The notes beneath the pieces are model-generated. The model ran no database searches. It was not told the origin of the DNA and was given only the letters and a program-made list of their open reading frames with translations. The position numbers and the translations under genes are program-made. Below are positions 9,188-18,517 of a stretch of 64,000 nt of DNA, one piece after another; the stretch's first letter is position 1; each line of letters starts with the position of its first letter. Source of the DNA: an uncultured Carnobacteriaceae bacterium (GTDB taxonomy: Bacteria > Bacillota > Bacilli > Lactobacillales > Aerococcaceae); contig CAWFEB010000006.1 of NCBI GenBank assembly GCA_963814755.1, forward strand, positions 7,995-71,994. The letters are read 5' to 3'.

Positions 9188-10102
9188 ATGTTGGGGACGG
9201 AAATAAAACAACAGTTTCCTGAAACGATCGTTAAAGAGAATGAAAACTTATCAAATTATACATACACAAAAACAGGTGGCCCTGCGGATGTGCTGGTCTT
9301 TCCGAAATCCAAAGATGAAGTAGCGGCAATCGTTGCATGGGTGAATGAAAAGCAAGCGCCTCTGACCGTATTGGGCAATTCCAGCAATGTCATCATCAAG
9401 GATGGCGGCATCCGCGGTATCGTCATGATCCTGACGGAAATGAACCACATGGAAGTGAAACGCCATCGGTTGATCGTCCAGAGCGGCGCACGCTTGATCG
9501 ATGCTTCGCGGATGGCCTTGGCTGAGCGGTTGAGCGGCTTGGAATTCGCATGCGGCATTCCCGGCAGCGTCGGCGGAGCGGTCTACATGAATGCCGGAGC
9601 TTATGACGGTGAAGTCGAAGAAGTCATCGAATCCGTAGTGGTGATCACACGCGAAGGCAAAATCAAAAATTACGAGAAGAATGAACTTGAGTTTTCCTAT
9701 CGCCACAGCAAGCTGCAGGAAACGAATGAAATTGTTCTGGAAGTCGTTTTCCATCTGGAAAAAGGCAAGCAGGAAACAATCAAAGCCCGAATGGATGACT
9801 TGACGGCTTTGCGTGAATCGAAACAACCATTGGAATATCCTTCATGCGGCAGCGTCTTCAAACGGCCGACCGGGTATTTCACAGGCAAATTGATCCAAGA
9901 AGCGGGTCTGCAAGGTTTGATTTGGGGCGGGGCACAGGTGTCGATGAAGCATGCAGGCTTTATCGTGAACATCAATAGTGCCACAGCGACCGATTACATT
10001 GAACTGATTGCACATATCAAAGAAGTCATAATGGAACATTATGGTGTTCCCTTGGAAACGGAAGTCCGGATCATCGGAGAAGATACAGTGGGAAGCGTAT
10101 AG
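9188..10102 (+). CDS. murB: UDP-N-acetylenolpyruvoylglucosamine reductase
   Basis: Motifs YTKTGGPADV, LGNSSN, GIPGSVGGAVYMNAGAYG-like and SCGSVFKRP. GTG 9179 is an alternative start. Confidence 0.9.
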   Translation: MLGTEIKQQFPETIVKENENLSNYTYTKTGGPADVLVFPKSKDEVAAIVAWVNEKQAPLTVLGNSSNVIIKDGGIRGIVMILTEMNHMEVKRHRLIVQSGARLIDASRMALAERLSGLEFACGIPGSVGGAVYMNAGAYDGEVEEVIESVVVITREGKIKNYEKNELEFSYRHSKLQETNEIVLEVVFHLEKGKQETIKARMDDLTALRESKQPLEYPSCGSVFKRPTGYFTGKLIQEAGLQGLIWGGAQVSMKHAGFIVNINSATATDYIELIAHIKEVIMEHYGVPLETEVRIIGEDTVGSV

Positions 10103-10190
10103 GTGAAAAGAAGGCTGGGTGTGAACATTCAGCTCTTTTTTGAATAGCACTTAATTATTTTTTTGAATATATAATGAAGGAGGACTGCCC

Positions 10191-11894
10191 ATGCGAAGAC
10201 CACTGATATCTTTTCAGAACTTTAGTTTCACCTATTCAGATCAAAAGGAACCGACGTTAGAAGAACTGAATGTCACCATCTACGAAGGAGAAAAAATACT
10301 TGTGCTCGGCCCTAGCGGCTCCGGGAAAACGACCTTTGCCCGTTGCCTCACGGGCGTGTTGCCGAGTGAAGAGAACGGCGATGCGAGTGGAAACATCCTC
10401 TTTCATCATCAGATTGATCAAACGGTTGCCCCCTTTGAAGATTTTCTTCCGAATGAAATGAAACTGATCAAGAACAGTCTGATTCCCCACGCGGATCAGA
10501 TGGGAAAATTTGGAGTGAAGCAACACGTCCCGTTCCGTACAGTGGATGATGTGAAAAAAATGGACAAATGGCACGACTTTCTGAAGAAACGCCCTTATCT
10601 GAAGCGCAGTTTCATGAAATTGTCGGAACAGCAGTTGGGTGATATCACGATGGCCGGCATCTCCTTGGATGGCAAGCCAGTGATTTTATTCGATGAGCCG
10701 TTGGCGAATCTGGACCCTAGTTCCGGGGATTTGGCCATGAAATTCATCGATGATCTGCATCGCGTCAGCGATACGACCGTTCTCATCATCGAACATAGGC
10801 TGGAAGATGTTTTGGCGCAACCAATCGATCGCATCCTGCTGTTTTCCGGCGGGCGGATCATCGCGGATGCGACGCCGGAGGAGATACTCCGCACCGAAAT
10901 TTTGAGCGATATCGGCATCCGGGAACCACTTTACATCACGGCCATGCGCTATGCCGGAGTCGATCTGGACAATGTCCGGGAACTGGCGAATGCAAAGAAA
11001 GTGAACGGGCCGCAATTAAAGGAACAGATGGAGAGTTGGCTGAATTATCTGCCGCAATTCAGGTATCCCGATTATGATGAAGTGCTTCTGGAACTGGATG
11101 GCTTATCGTTCAAATACCCTTGGAACGACAAGGACATCGTCGACGGTGCCTTTCTCCGCATCTACAAAGGGGAAATGCTCAGCCTGGTCGGTGCAAACGG
11201 CGCCGGCAAATCAACGCTTTCCCGTTTGATGACAGGTGAGGAGAAACCGCAGAGTGGCCACATCTATTGGAAAGGTCAAGAAGTCAGCGACATCGATGCG
11301 GATGAAGCGAAAAACTATGTCGGCTATGTCCCGCAGAACCCGAAAGACAGCCTCTCGCAGGAAACCGTATATGAAGAGATAGCCCTAAAAATGAAACAGC
11401 GCAACATGCCTGAGAAAGAGATTGTAAGGAAAGTCGATGAAGTTGCGAAAGTTTGCGGACTGCAATACATCAAAGACTTGCCGTTATCGATGCTGAGTTT
11501 CGGCCAACTGAAACGGGTGTCGATTGCATCCGTATTGGCGCTGGATCCGGAGCTGATCATCTTGGATGAGCCGGCAGCCGGGCAGGATTTCAGCCATTAT
11601 AAAGACATCATGCATTTCCTCCAGCGGATTCACCAGAATGGTGTGACCGTTGTGATCGTGACGCATGACATGCACCTGATGCTGGAATACACCCGCAGAG
11701 CGGTCGTCATGGCCAAAGGAAAAATAGTGGCCGATACGAGTTCCGCTTTTGTCCTCATCAATCCGAGGTTGATCCAGATCGCCTCATTGAAAGAGACTAC
11801 CTTGTTCACCTTCGCCAATCAGATTGGAATGACGGATCCCTATTCCTTCACGGAAAAATTCGTCTATTACGATCGGGCCGCGCGTCTTTTCTAA
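10191..11894 (+). CDS. fused double-NBD ABC ATPase (ECF/CbiO-like) with a degenerate first domain
   Basis: NBD1 has GPSGSGKTT, but its signature is LSEQQ rather than LSGGQ and I see no Q-loop. NBD2 is canonical (GANGAGKST, LSFGQLKR, ILDEP, THD). No adjacent membrane component. Confidence 0.8.
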   Translation: MRRPLISFQNFSFTYSDQKEPTLEELNVTIYEGEKILVLGPSGSGKTTFARCLTGVLPSEENGDASGNILFHHQIDQTVAPFEDFLPNEMKLIKNSLIPHADQMGKFGVKQHVPFRTVDDVKKMDKWHDFLKKRPYLKRSFMKLSEQQLGDITMAGISLDGKPVILFDEPLANLDPSSGDLAMKFIDDLHRVSDTTVLIIEHRLEDVLAQPIDRILLFSGGRIIADATPEEILRTEILSDIGIREPLYITAMRYAGVDLDNVRELANAKKVNGPQLKEQMESWLNYLPQFRYPDYDEVLLELDGLSFKYPWNDKDIVDGAFLRIYKGEMLSLVGANGAGKSTLSRLMTGEEKPQSGHIYWKGQEVSDIDADEAKNYVGYVPQNPKDSLSQETVYEEIALKMKQRNMPEKEIVRKVDEVAKVCGLQYIKDLPLSMLSFGQLKRVSIASVLALDPELIILDEPAAGQDFSHYKDIMHFLQRIHQNGVTVVIVTHDMHLMLEYTRRAVVMAKGKIVADTSSAFVLINPRLIQIASLKETTLFTFANQIGMTDPYSFTEKFVYYDRAARLF

Positions 11895-11912
11895 AAAATA
11901 CATATGAGTTCC

Positions 11913-11946
11913 AAACGTCAGAATGATCATTTCTGACGTTTTTTGT
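11913..11946 (+). terminator. intrinsic terminator
   Basis: AAACGTCAGAA tgatcat TTCTGACGTTT followed by a T-run. Confidence 0.85.
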
Positions 11947-12076
11947 TGTAAAGGATGCTACTTCTTATATAATAATAGTGTTTTGTGCTAACATAATAGT
12001 GATGAGTGAATATCCGGTCGCATCCGATTGGAGTGAACGTTCAGCGCCCATACATAAACGATAAAGGCGGGAGAAA

Positions 12077-13165
12077 ATGACTGACAAACCGATCATTACT
12101 TTGGAGAATGTAAAAAAAGTATACGATGATGAAACTGTGTTGCATGATATTAACTTTGAGCTTGAAAGAGGCAAATTCTATACCCTTTTGGGACCATCCG
12201 GCTGCGGAAAAACAACGATTCTGCGTTTGATCGCCGGCTTTGCGGACGCTACGGAAGGCGTCATCAAAATCAACGAGGAAGTAGTGAATGACATACCGGC
12301 GAACCGACGCAAAGTCAATACGGTTTTCCAGGACTACGCTTTGTTCCCCCACATGAATGTTTTCGATAATATCGCATTCGGACTGACGATCAAAAAATTG
12401 CCCAAGGACCAGGTCAAGCTGAAAGTGGAAGAAGCCCTGAAAATGGTTCAACTTGAGGGCTATGAAAACCGTGAAATCAGCGAAATGTCGGGCGGCCAGC
12501 AACAACGGGTAGCAATCGCCAGGGCAATCGTCAACGAACCGGATGTGCTGCTTTTGGATGAACCGTTGTCGGCTTTGGATTTGAAATTGCGCACGGATAT
12601 GCAGTACGAACTCCGTGAACTGCAGCAGCGTTTGGGTATCACCTTTATTTTTGTTACGCACGATCAGGAAGAGGCATTGGCGATGAGCGATTGGATCTTC
12701 GTCATGAACAAGGGCGCGATTGTCCAGAGTGGCACACCTGTGGATATTTACGATGAGCCGATCAACCGGTTCGTTGCGGATTTCATCGGCGAGAGCAATA
12801 TCGTTTCCGGAACAATGGTGGAGGACTACAAAGTCAGCTTCGTCGGCAAAGAGTTCGAATGTTCCGATGCGGGGATCACTCCGGGTGAAAAAATCGAAAT
12901 CGTCATCCGTCCGGAAGATCTGGAGCTGACGACTGTCGAAAACGGCAAACTGGTCGTGAATATCGATACGCAGCTGTTCCGCGGTGTCCACTATGAAATC
13001 ATCGGCTACGACAAGGACGGAAATGAGTGGATGATCCATTCCACTAAGCGCGCGGAAATCGGCAAGGATGTCGGCCTCCGTTTTGGTCCGCAGGATATCC
13101 ATGTCATGCGACTGGGCGAATCTGAAGAAGAGTTCGATGCCCGTCTGGAAAGCTATGAAGAATAG
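12077..13165 (+). CDS. potA: spermidine/putrescine ABC transporter ATP-binding protein
   Basis: [29 protein letters not shown] and a C-terminal TOBE-like domain. First gene of potABCD. Confidence 0.9.
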   Translation: MTDKPIITLENVKKVYDDETVLHDINFELERGKFYTLLGPSGCGKTTILRLIAGFADATEGVIKINEEVVNDIPANRRKVNTVFQDYALFPHMNVFDNIAFGLTIKKLPKDQVKLKVEEALKMVQLEGYENREISEMSGGQQQRVAIARAIVNEPDVLLLDEPLSALDLKLRTDMQYELRELQQRLGITFIFVTHDQEEALAMSDWIFVMNKGAIVQSGTPVDIYDEPINRFVADFIGESNIVSGTMVEDYKVSFVGKEFECSDAGITPGEKIEIVIRPEDLELTTVENGKLVVNIDTQLFRGVHYEIIGYDKDGNEWMIHSTKRAEIGKDVGLRFGPQDIHVMRLGESEEEFDARLESYEE

Positions 13166-13176
13166 GGGGAAGAGAC

Positions 13177-13992
13177 ATGACGAAAAATTCTAGAGCGTTC
13201 TATTCTGTTCCTTACATGCTTTGGCTGGGGTTGTTTGTCCTCTCGCCGATGCTGCTGATCCTGTACCAGTCGTTTTTCGACATCACCGGAGCATTCACGT
13301 TTGCCAACTACGCGACCTATTTCAGTTCGGGAAATTATCTGCGGATGACGTTGAATTCGTTCCTGTATGCGTTCACCATCACCCTCGCGACGTTCCTGAT
13401 CAGTTACCCGACGGCCCTTTTCCTGAGCCGGACGAAGCATAAGCAGCTCTGGCTGTCCTTGATCATTCTGCCGACATGGATCAACCTCTTGCTGAAGGCC
13501 TATGCCTTCATCGGTTTGTTCAGTCAGAGCGGGACGGTCAACCAGTTTCTGAGCTTCATGGGCATCGGTCCCCAACAGATCCTCTTCACGGACTTCAGTT
13601 TCATTTTCGTGGCGGCCTACATCGAGCTGCCGTTCATGATCCTGCCGATCTTCAATTCGATCGAAGAGCTGAACCCGTCCCTGATCGTCGCCAGCGAGGA
13701 CTTGGGCGCAACAAGGATGCAGACTTTGACGAGGGTCATCTTTCCTTTGACGCTGAGCGGCGTGCGCAGCGGTTTCCAGGCCGTCTTCATTCCGTCTCTG
13801 TCGCTGTTCATGCTGACGAGACTGATCGGCGGAAACCGGGTCATCACTTTGGGAACTGCTGTGGAGCAGCATTTTCTCGTCACCCAGAACTGGGGGATGG
13901 GTTCCACAATCGGCGTAATCCTGATCATCAGCATGATCGCCATCATGTCCCTGACGCGTGACAAAAAGAAGAAAGGCAGGGGAGCCAAATGA
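13177..13992 (+). CDS. potB: spermidine/putrescine ABC transporter permease
   Basis: 271 aa polytopic membrane protein with the EAA loop SEDLGATRMQTLTRVIFP. Confidence 0.85.
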   Translation: MTKNSRAFYSVPYMLWLGLFVLSPMLLILYQSFFDITGAFTFANYATYFSSGNYLRMTLNSFLYAFTITLATFLISYPTALFLSRTKHKQLWLSLIILPTWINLLLKAYAFIGLFSQSGTVNQFLSFMGIGPQQILFTDFSFIFVAAYIELPFMILPIFNSIEELNPSLIVASEDLGATRMQTLTRVIFPLTLSGVRSGFQAVFIPSLSLFMLTRLIGGNRVITLGTAVEQHFLVTQNWGMGSTIGVILIISMIAIMSLTRDKKKKGRGAK

Positions 13993-14840
13993 AGGAAACA
14001 ACCAACACGAAGTGGAACAATGCGTTCCTTGTGCTCGTTTTCGCCATCCTGTATCTGCCGATCTTTTATCTGATTTTTTATTCGTTCAATGCCGGCGGGA
14101 CCATGAATGCCTTCACCGGCTTCACGTGGGAGCATTACCAAGCTGTCTTTGAGGACACGCGCTTGATCGGCATCGTGCTGAACACATTTTTGGTGGCGTT
14201 GCTGTCGGCCCTCATCGCGACTGCAATCGGCACGATGGGCGCGATTTTCATTTATTACACGAAAAAACGCAGCATCAAGAATACGCTTTTGAGCCTGAAC
14301 AACGTGCTGATGGTTTCTCCGGACGTTATCATCGGGGCAAGTTTGTTGATTCTGTTCACGATGCTCGGCTTCTCGTTGGGCTTCTCCTCGGTGCTGTTGT
14401 CGCACATCGCTTTTTCGATCCCTATTGTCGTGCTGATGGTGCTGCCGAAGCTTTATGAGATGAACGATTCGATGATCAGTGCGGCCCAGGATCTGGGCGC
14501 CAGCTCCGGCCAAGTGTTCAGCAGAATCCTGATCCCGAGCATCACTCCAGGGATCCTGAGCGGCTTTTTCATGGCTTTTACCTATTCCTTAGATGATTTT
14601 GCGGTGACATTTTTCGTGACGGGGAACGGCTTCACTACTTTGGCGGTGGAAATTTATTCGCGGGCCCGCCGTGGGGTCAGCCTGGAAATCAATGCACTCA
14701 GTGCGCTGATGTTCCTGTTCACGCTGCTGTTGGTCTTGGGCTACTATTTCATTCAACAGTACGAGCACAATAAACATGCGCAGCAATTGAAGGCGATCGG
14801 GAAACGCGCCGGATCGGGACGGACGGTGAAAAAAGGATGA
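13989..14840 (+). CDS. potC: spermidine/putrescine ABC transporter permease
   Basis: Overlaps the potB stop by 4 nt. EAA loop AAQDLGASSGQVFSRILIP. About 20 aa basic C-terminal tail. Confidence 0.85.
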   Translation: MKETTNTKWNNAFLVLVFAILYLPIFYLIFYSFNAGGTMNAFTGFTWEHYQAVFEDTRLIGIVLNTFLVALLSALIATAIGTMGAIFIYYTKKRSIKNTLLSLNNVLMVSPDVIIGASLLILFTMLGFSLGFSSVLLSHIAFSIPIVVLMVLPKLYEMNDSMISAAQDLGASSGQVFSRILIPSITPGILSGFFMAFTYSLDDFAVTFFVTGNGFTTLAVEIYSRARRGVSLEINALSALMFLFTLLLVLGYYFIQQYEHNKHAQQLKAIGKRAGSGRTVKKG

Positions 14841-15907
14841 AAAAATTAATGGGAATGGTGGCCGTTGTCCTGCTTGTTTGTGCAGCTATCGCTTTCGGAA
14901 TAAACGCTTTGAACAGAGCGCAAGGTTTTTCGGAAGGGAATACGCTGACCATCTACAACTGGGGCGACTATATCGAACCGGAGCTGATCACGAAATTCGA
15001 AGAGCAGTCCGGGTATAAAGTCTCCTACGAGACGTTTGATTCGAACGAGGCGATGTACACCAAAGTCAAACAGGGCGGAACGGCTTACGATCTGAGCATC
15101 CCTTCGGAGTACATGATCAATAAAATGGCTGAAGAAGGCTTGCTGATCGAACTGGACCACTCGAAAATCGAAGGCCTGGACAACATCGATCCGCGCTTCC
15201 TGGATTTGCCGTTCGATGAAGGCAACAACTATTCAATTCCTTATTTCTGGGGGACCTTGGGCATCATCTACAACGACAAAATGGTGACGAAAGAGATCAC
15301 CTCCTGGTCCGATCTCTGGGATCCAAGCTACGCGAACAGTCTGCTTCTGATCGACGGGGCGCGCGAAGTGATGGGGCTGGGTCTCCAAAGTGAAGGCTAC
15401 TCGCTGAACGAAACGGACCCGATGATCTTGAATGAGATTGCGGAGAAACTGAAGGATATCACGCCGAACGTCAAAGCGATCGTTGCCGACGAAATCAAGA
15501 TGTACATGATCCAGGAAGAAGCGGCCATCGCCGTGACTTTCTCCGGTGAGGCCAGCGAGATGCTATGGGAAAACGAAAATCTCCATTATGTGATCCCGGA
15601 AGAGGGCTCCAATCTGTGGTTCGACAACATCGTCATACCGAAGACCGCCAAGAATATCGAAGGCGCCTATGCCTTCATCAATTTCATGCTGGAACCTGAG
15701 AATGCGGCAATCAATGCGGAATACGTCGGCTACGCCACGCCGAACCAAAACGCCATCGAGCTGATGGATCCCGAAATCACCAGTGACGAACAATTCTACC
15801 CTTCCGATGAAATCATGGACAAACTCGAAGTCTACGAAAACCTAGGAGCCAAAACCCTGGGAACGTACAATGATCTGTTCCTGGAAATCAAAATGTACAG
15901 AAAATAA
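14837..15907 (+). CDS. potD: spermidine/putrescine ABC transporter substrate-binding protein
   Basis: ATGA overlap with potC. N-terminal anchor, then NWGDYI...FE and YFWGT, which are PotD-like motifs. Confidence 0.85.
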   Translation: MKKLMGMVAVVLLVCAAIAFGINALNRAQGFSEGNTLTIYNWGDYIEPELITKFEEQSGYKVSYETFDSNEAMYTKVKQGGTAYDLSIPSEYMINKMAEEGLLIELDHSKIEGLDNIDPRFLDLPFDEGNNYSIPYFWGTLGIIYNDKMVTKEITSWSDLWDPSYANSLLLIDGAREVMGLGLQSEGYSLNETDPMILNEIAEKLKDITPNVKAIVADEIKMYMIQEEAAIAVTFSGEASEMLWENENLHYVIPEEGSNLWFDNIVIPKTAKNIEGAYAFINFMLEPENAAINAEYVGYATPNQNAIELMDPEITSDEQFYPSDEIMDKLEVYENLGAKTLGTYNDLFLEIKMYRK

Positions 15908-16044
15908 AGGATACGATGAATCCCACTCTAGAAATCGAGCACTAAGAGGATATTACGAGAACGGTCGCTTTTTGACCGTGACGTAATATCAGCTTAGGCG
16001 GAGGTTTCTGGGATTCAGAGTTCGACTATAAGGATACGATGAAT
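15907..16044. repeat. 108-bp imperfect palindromic element flanked by 15-bp direct repeats (MITE/REP-like)
   Basis: AAGGATACGATGAAT occurs at 15907-15921 and again at 16030-16044. The interior folds as a long imperfect hairpin (GATATTACG..ACGGTC gcttttt GACCGT..CGTAATATC). Confidence 0.55.
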
Positions 16045-16096
16045 TGCGGGTAGAGGATAAGCTAACATTTTTACTGTCAGTATTCTAATTTTCTAC

Positions 16097-16123
16097 AAAA
16101 AGCGGCTGAGAAGTCGCTTTTTG
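16097..16123 (+). terminator. intrinsic terminator (potABCD operon end)
   Basis: AGCGGCT gaga AGTCGCT stem followed by TTTTT. Confidence 0.7.
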
Positions 16124-16211
16124 TGTGGATAAAAATATTGACTTAATCTTAAGGTTAAGAGGTAAGATTGCATAGAAACATACTAGAATTTCATTTAAGC
16201 GAGGCGGGATA

Positions 16212-16715
16212 ATGAGAAAGAGAATCTTGCTAACTTTCATGCTCTTCGCTGTTGGTCTATTAGCCGCTTGCTTTAGACAAACGTCTGAAAGAGGTGAAAC
16301 AGATTTGAACTCAAGGTTACAAGATAGTCAATCATCAGAAAATGGTATTGAGACAGGAGAAAACAAAATGCAGATACAAGTTCAAGATAACACGCATACT
16401 GTTGTATTTATGCTAAATAATAGTGTTGCAGCAGAATCACTCTATAATCAGCTTCCATTGAAAATAATGGTGGAGAATTATGGGAACAACGAAAAAATAT
16501 TTTATCCGCCAACAAAACTGAATACCAGTAACACTCCAAGTGCAGAAGGTCCTGCTGGCACACTTGCCTATTTCGAACCATGGGGAAATGTCGTCATGTA
16601 TTATGGCAGCTTTGGACGTTATCGGGGGTTGTATGATTTGGGAATAGCTGTTTCAGGGGGAGAACATATCAAAGAATTGACAGGGGAAATATCTGTTACC
16701 AAGGTTTCTGATTGA
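16212..16715 (+). CDS. lipoprotein with a cyclophilin-like-fold domain
   Basis: Lipobox LLAAC. The C-terminal part (LPL..., YFEPWGNVVMYYGSFG) resembles the cyclophilin-like family. The gene and its surroundings are AT-rich. Confidence 0.6.
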   Translation: MRKRILLTFMLFAVGLLAACFRQTSERGETDLNSRLQDSQSSENGIETGENKMQIQVQDNTHTVVFMLNNSVAAESLYNQLPLKIMVENYGNNEKIFYPPTKLNTSNTPSAEGPAGTLAYFEPWGNVVMYYGSFGRYRGLYDLGIAVSGGEHIKELTGEISVTKVSD

Positions 16716-16850
16716 AATCAGTTGGATTGTATTGGTTTGGCAGCCGCACTCACAATATACTCAAAAAGTCTGTCGAAGAAATTCCACTTCACAATCCGCG
16801 CAAGGTTGTGCTATCATTAAAATAAGATTAAAAAGAAAGAAGGGAATCTC

Positions 16851-17228
16851 TTGACTAAATTCATCAGTTCAGACAAAGCACCCGCAGCGATCGGTCCTTA
16901 TTCGCAAGGAACAAGAAAGAACGGTTTCATCTTTTCATCCGGACAATTACCGATCGATATGGAAACGAAGGAACTTGTTTCTGACCCTGCTGCAGCGACA
17001 ACTGCCAGCTTAAACAATGTATTGACGATCGTCAAAGCGGGCGGCGGCTCGTTGGAATCAATCGTGAAAGTCAACGTGTTCGTGAAGGACATCAATGATT
17101 TTGACGCCATCAACGGCGCGTACACTGCATTTTTCGGCGAACATAAACCAGCCCGTTCTTTGGTGCAGGTTGCCGCTTTACCGAAAGATGCCGTCATCGA
17201 AATCGAAGCTATCGCAGCAAAAAACTAA
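16851..17228 (+). CDS. ridA: RidA family reactive-intermediate deaminase
   Basis: 125 aa with a TTG start. Contains APAAIGPYSQG and ARSLVQVAALPKDAVIEIEAIA. Confidence 0.9.
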   Translation: MTKFISSDKAPAAIGPYSQGTRKNGFIFSSGQLPIDMETKELVSDPAAATTASLNNVLTIVKAGGGSLESIVKVNVFVKDINDFDAINGAYTAFFGEHKPARSLVQVAALPKDAVIEIEAIAAKN

Positions 17229-17237
17229 TACTAAAAA

Positions 17238-17280
17238 AGAAAAACTGCTGTCTCCGGCGTGAGACAGCCGTTTTTCTTTT
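17238..17280 (+). terminator. intrinsic terminator after ridA
   Basis: GCTGTCTC cggcgt GAGACAGC stem, flanked by A-rich and T-rich runs. Confidence 0.8.
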
Positions 17281-17294
17281 TATTTGATAGGATT

Positions 17295-17490
17295 GTGTTC
17301 TGGATGTCCGATTCATCCGGTATATCGGACAACAATCGCTCTGAACGTGTTCGGGATGTCCGATTCATACGGGTTATCGGACAAGCAATCGCTCTGATAC
17401 GTGTTCGGGATGTCCGATTCATACGGGTTATCGGACAACAATCGCTCTGAATGTGTTCTGGTATGTCTGATTCTTCCGGGTTATCGGACA
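17295..17490. repeat. tandem array of about 4 units (52, 54, 52 and about 38 bp), each with the inverted repeat TGTCCGAT-N11-ATCGGACA
   Basis: Units start at 17295, 17347, 17401 and 17453. Units 2 and 3 differ at only a few positions. The fourth is degenerate (TGTCTGAT). Confidence 0.9.
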
Positions 17491-17560
17491 TTCTTAGCCC
17501 TTTTGTGGATGCAGCACGCTGAACCTCAGTTTAGTCAATCAATTAAGAGAGACACGTCCG

Positions 17561-18499
17561 TTATTCGAACGGATTCGCTTTGACCGGGGGCTGGTCATCC
17601 ACCCATTCCGGCTTGACTTCCAGCTGCTGACCGAAGATCATCATTTTCAGGCGGACCCCTTCACGGGTGGCTGCGAGGCCTCCCAAGCCGGTTTCGCGCA
17701 GGGAGGCGGGAAGGTTTTTTCCGACTTTGCGCATCGCTTCGATCACATCGTCGGCGGGTATTTTGTTCGTCAGCCCGGCCAAGGCCATATCGGCACTGAT
17801 CAGGGCATTGACCGCACCGATCGCATTGCGCTTGACGCAGGGAATCTCGACCAGTCCGGCAACCGGATCGCAGACGAGGCCGAGTAGATTGCTGATGGCC
17901 ATCGCCATCGCTTCCGATGCCTGCTCAGGCGTGCCGCCCGCGATTTCGACTGCCGCAGCGGCAGCCATCCCGGATGCGCTCCCGACTTCGGCCTGGCACC
18001 CTCCGGCAGCACCGGCGATCATGGCGTTGTTGGCGATCACCATGCCGAAGCCGCTGGCGCAGAACAGCATCTGGACCATCTGCTCCTCCGTCAGCCCCAG
18101 TTTATCCTTGATGGCGAACATCACACCGGGCAAAGTCCCCGATGAGCCGGCAGTCGGTGTGGCGCAGATGATGCCCAACGAAGCGTTGACTTCGTTCGTG
18201 GCGATGGCGCTCTCCACCGCAATCAGCAGGTCGTCGCCGGAAAGTGTATTGCCGCGTTGACGATAGTTCCGCAGTTTCACGGCTTCTCCGCCGGTCAATC
18301 CAGTGGGGGAAAACACGCCGTCGCCAGCCAAGCCTTTTTCGACTGCGGCCTTCATGACGTGGTAATTGTTACGCATCTGTTCCCAAATTTCCGCGCGCGT
18401 CCGGTGGCTCTTGGCCATTTCCTGCAGTAGCATTAATTCGGAAATCGGTTTGCCGCTTTCCTCCGCGGCGGTCACCAATTCTGCAATCTTATTGTACAA
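17561..18499 (-). CDS. sdaAA: L-serine ammonia-lyase, iron-sulfur type, alpha subunit
   Basis: 312 aa with the motifs ICATPTAGSSGTLPG and GGCQAEVGSA. It lies directly downstream of sdaAB. Confidence 0.9.
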   Translation of the reverse strand: MYNKIAELVTAAEESGKPISELMLLQEMAKSHRTRAEIWEQMRNNYHVMKAAVEKGLAGDGVFSPTGLTGGEAVKLRNYRQRGNTLSGDDLLIAVESAIATNEVNASLGIICATPTAGSSGTLPGVMFAIKDKLGLTEEQMVQMLFCASGFGMVIANNAMIAGAAGGCQAEVGSASGMAAAAAVEIAGGTPEQASEAMAMAISNLLGLVCDPVAGLVEIPCVKRNAIGAVNALISADMALAGLTNKIPADDVIEAMRKVGKNLPASLRETGLGGLAATREGVRLKMMIFGQQLEVKPEWVDDQPPVKANPFE

Positions 18500-18517
18500 A
18501 GCGGTATTCCTTCTTTC

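Noticed and set aside
12041-14513. Long minus-strand ORFs (353, 282 and 298 aa) opposite potA, potB and potC
   Set aside because: They are shadow ORFs antisense to genes with clear ABC motifs. Their translations are Asp/Arg/His-rich with no recognisable domain.
17341-17356. LexA/Cheo-box-like GAACGTGTTC at repeat unit junctions
   Set aside because: The spacing is GAAC-N2-GTTC rather than the GAAC-N4-GTTC that Firmicute LexA requires, and the sequence is not a true palindrome.
17295-17490. CRISPR array
   Set aside because: The whole 52-54 bp unit is repeated, including the would-be spacer. There are no unique spacers and no cas genes in the window.
17231-17491. ORFs 17231-17491 (-) and 17259-17450 (+) encoding repetitive peptides
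   Set aside because: They exist only because the tandem DNA repeat is free of stops. They have no RBS and lie between a terminator and a convergent gene.
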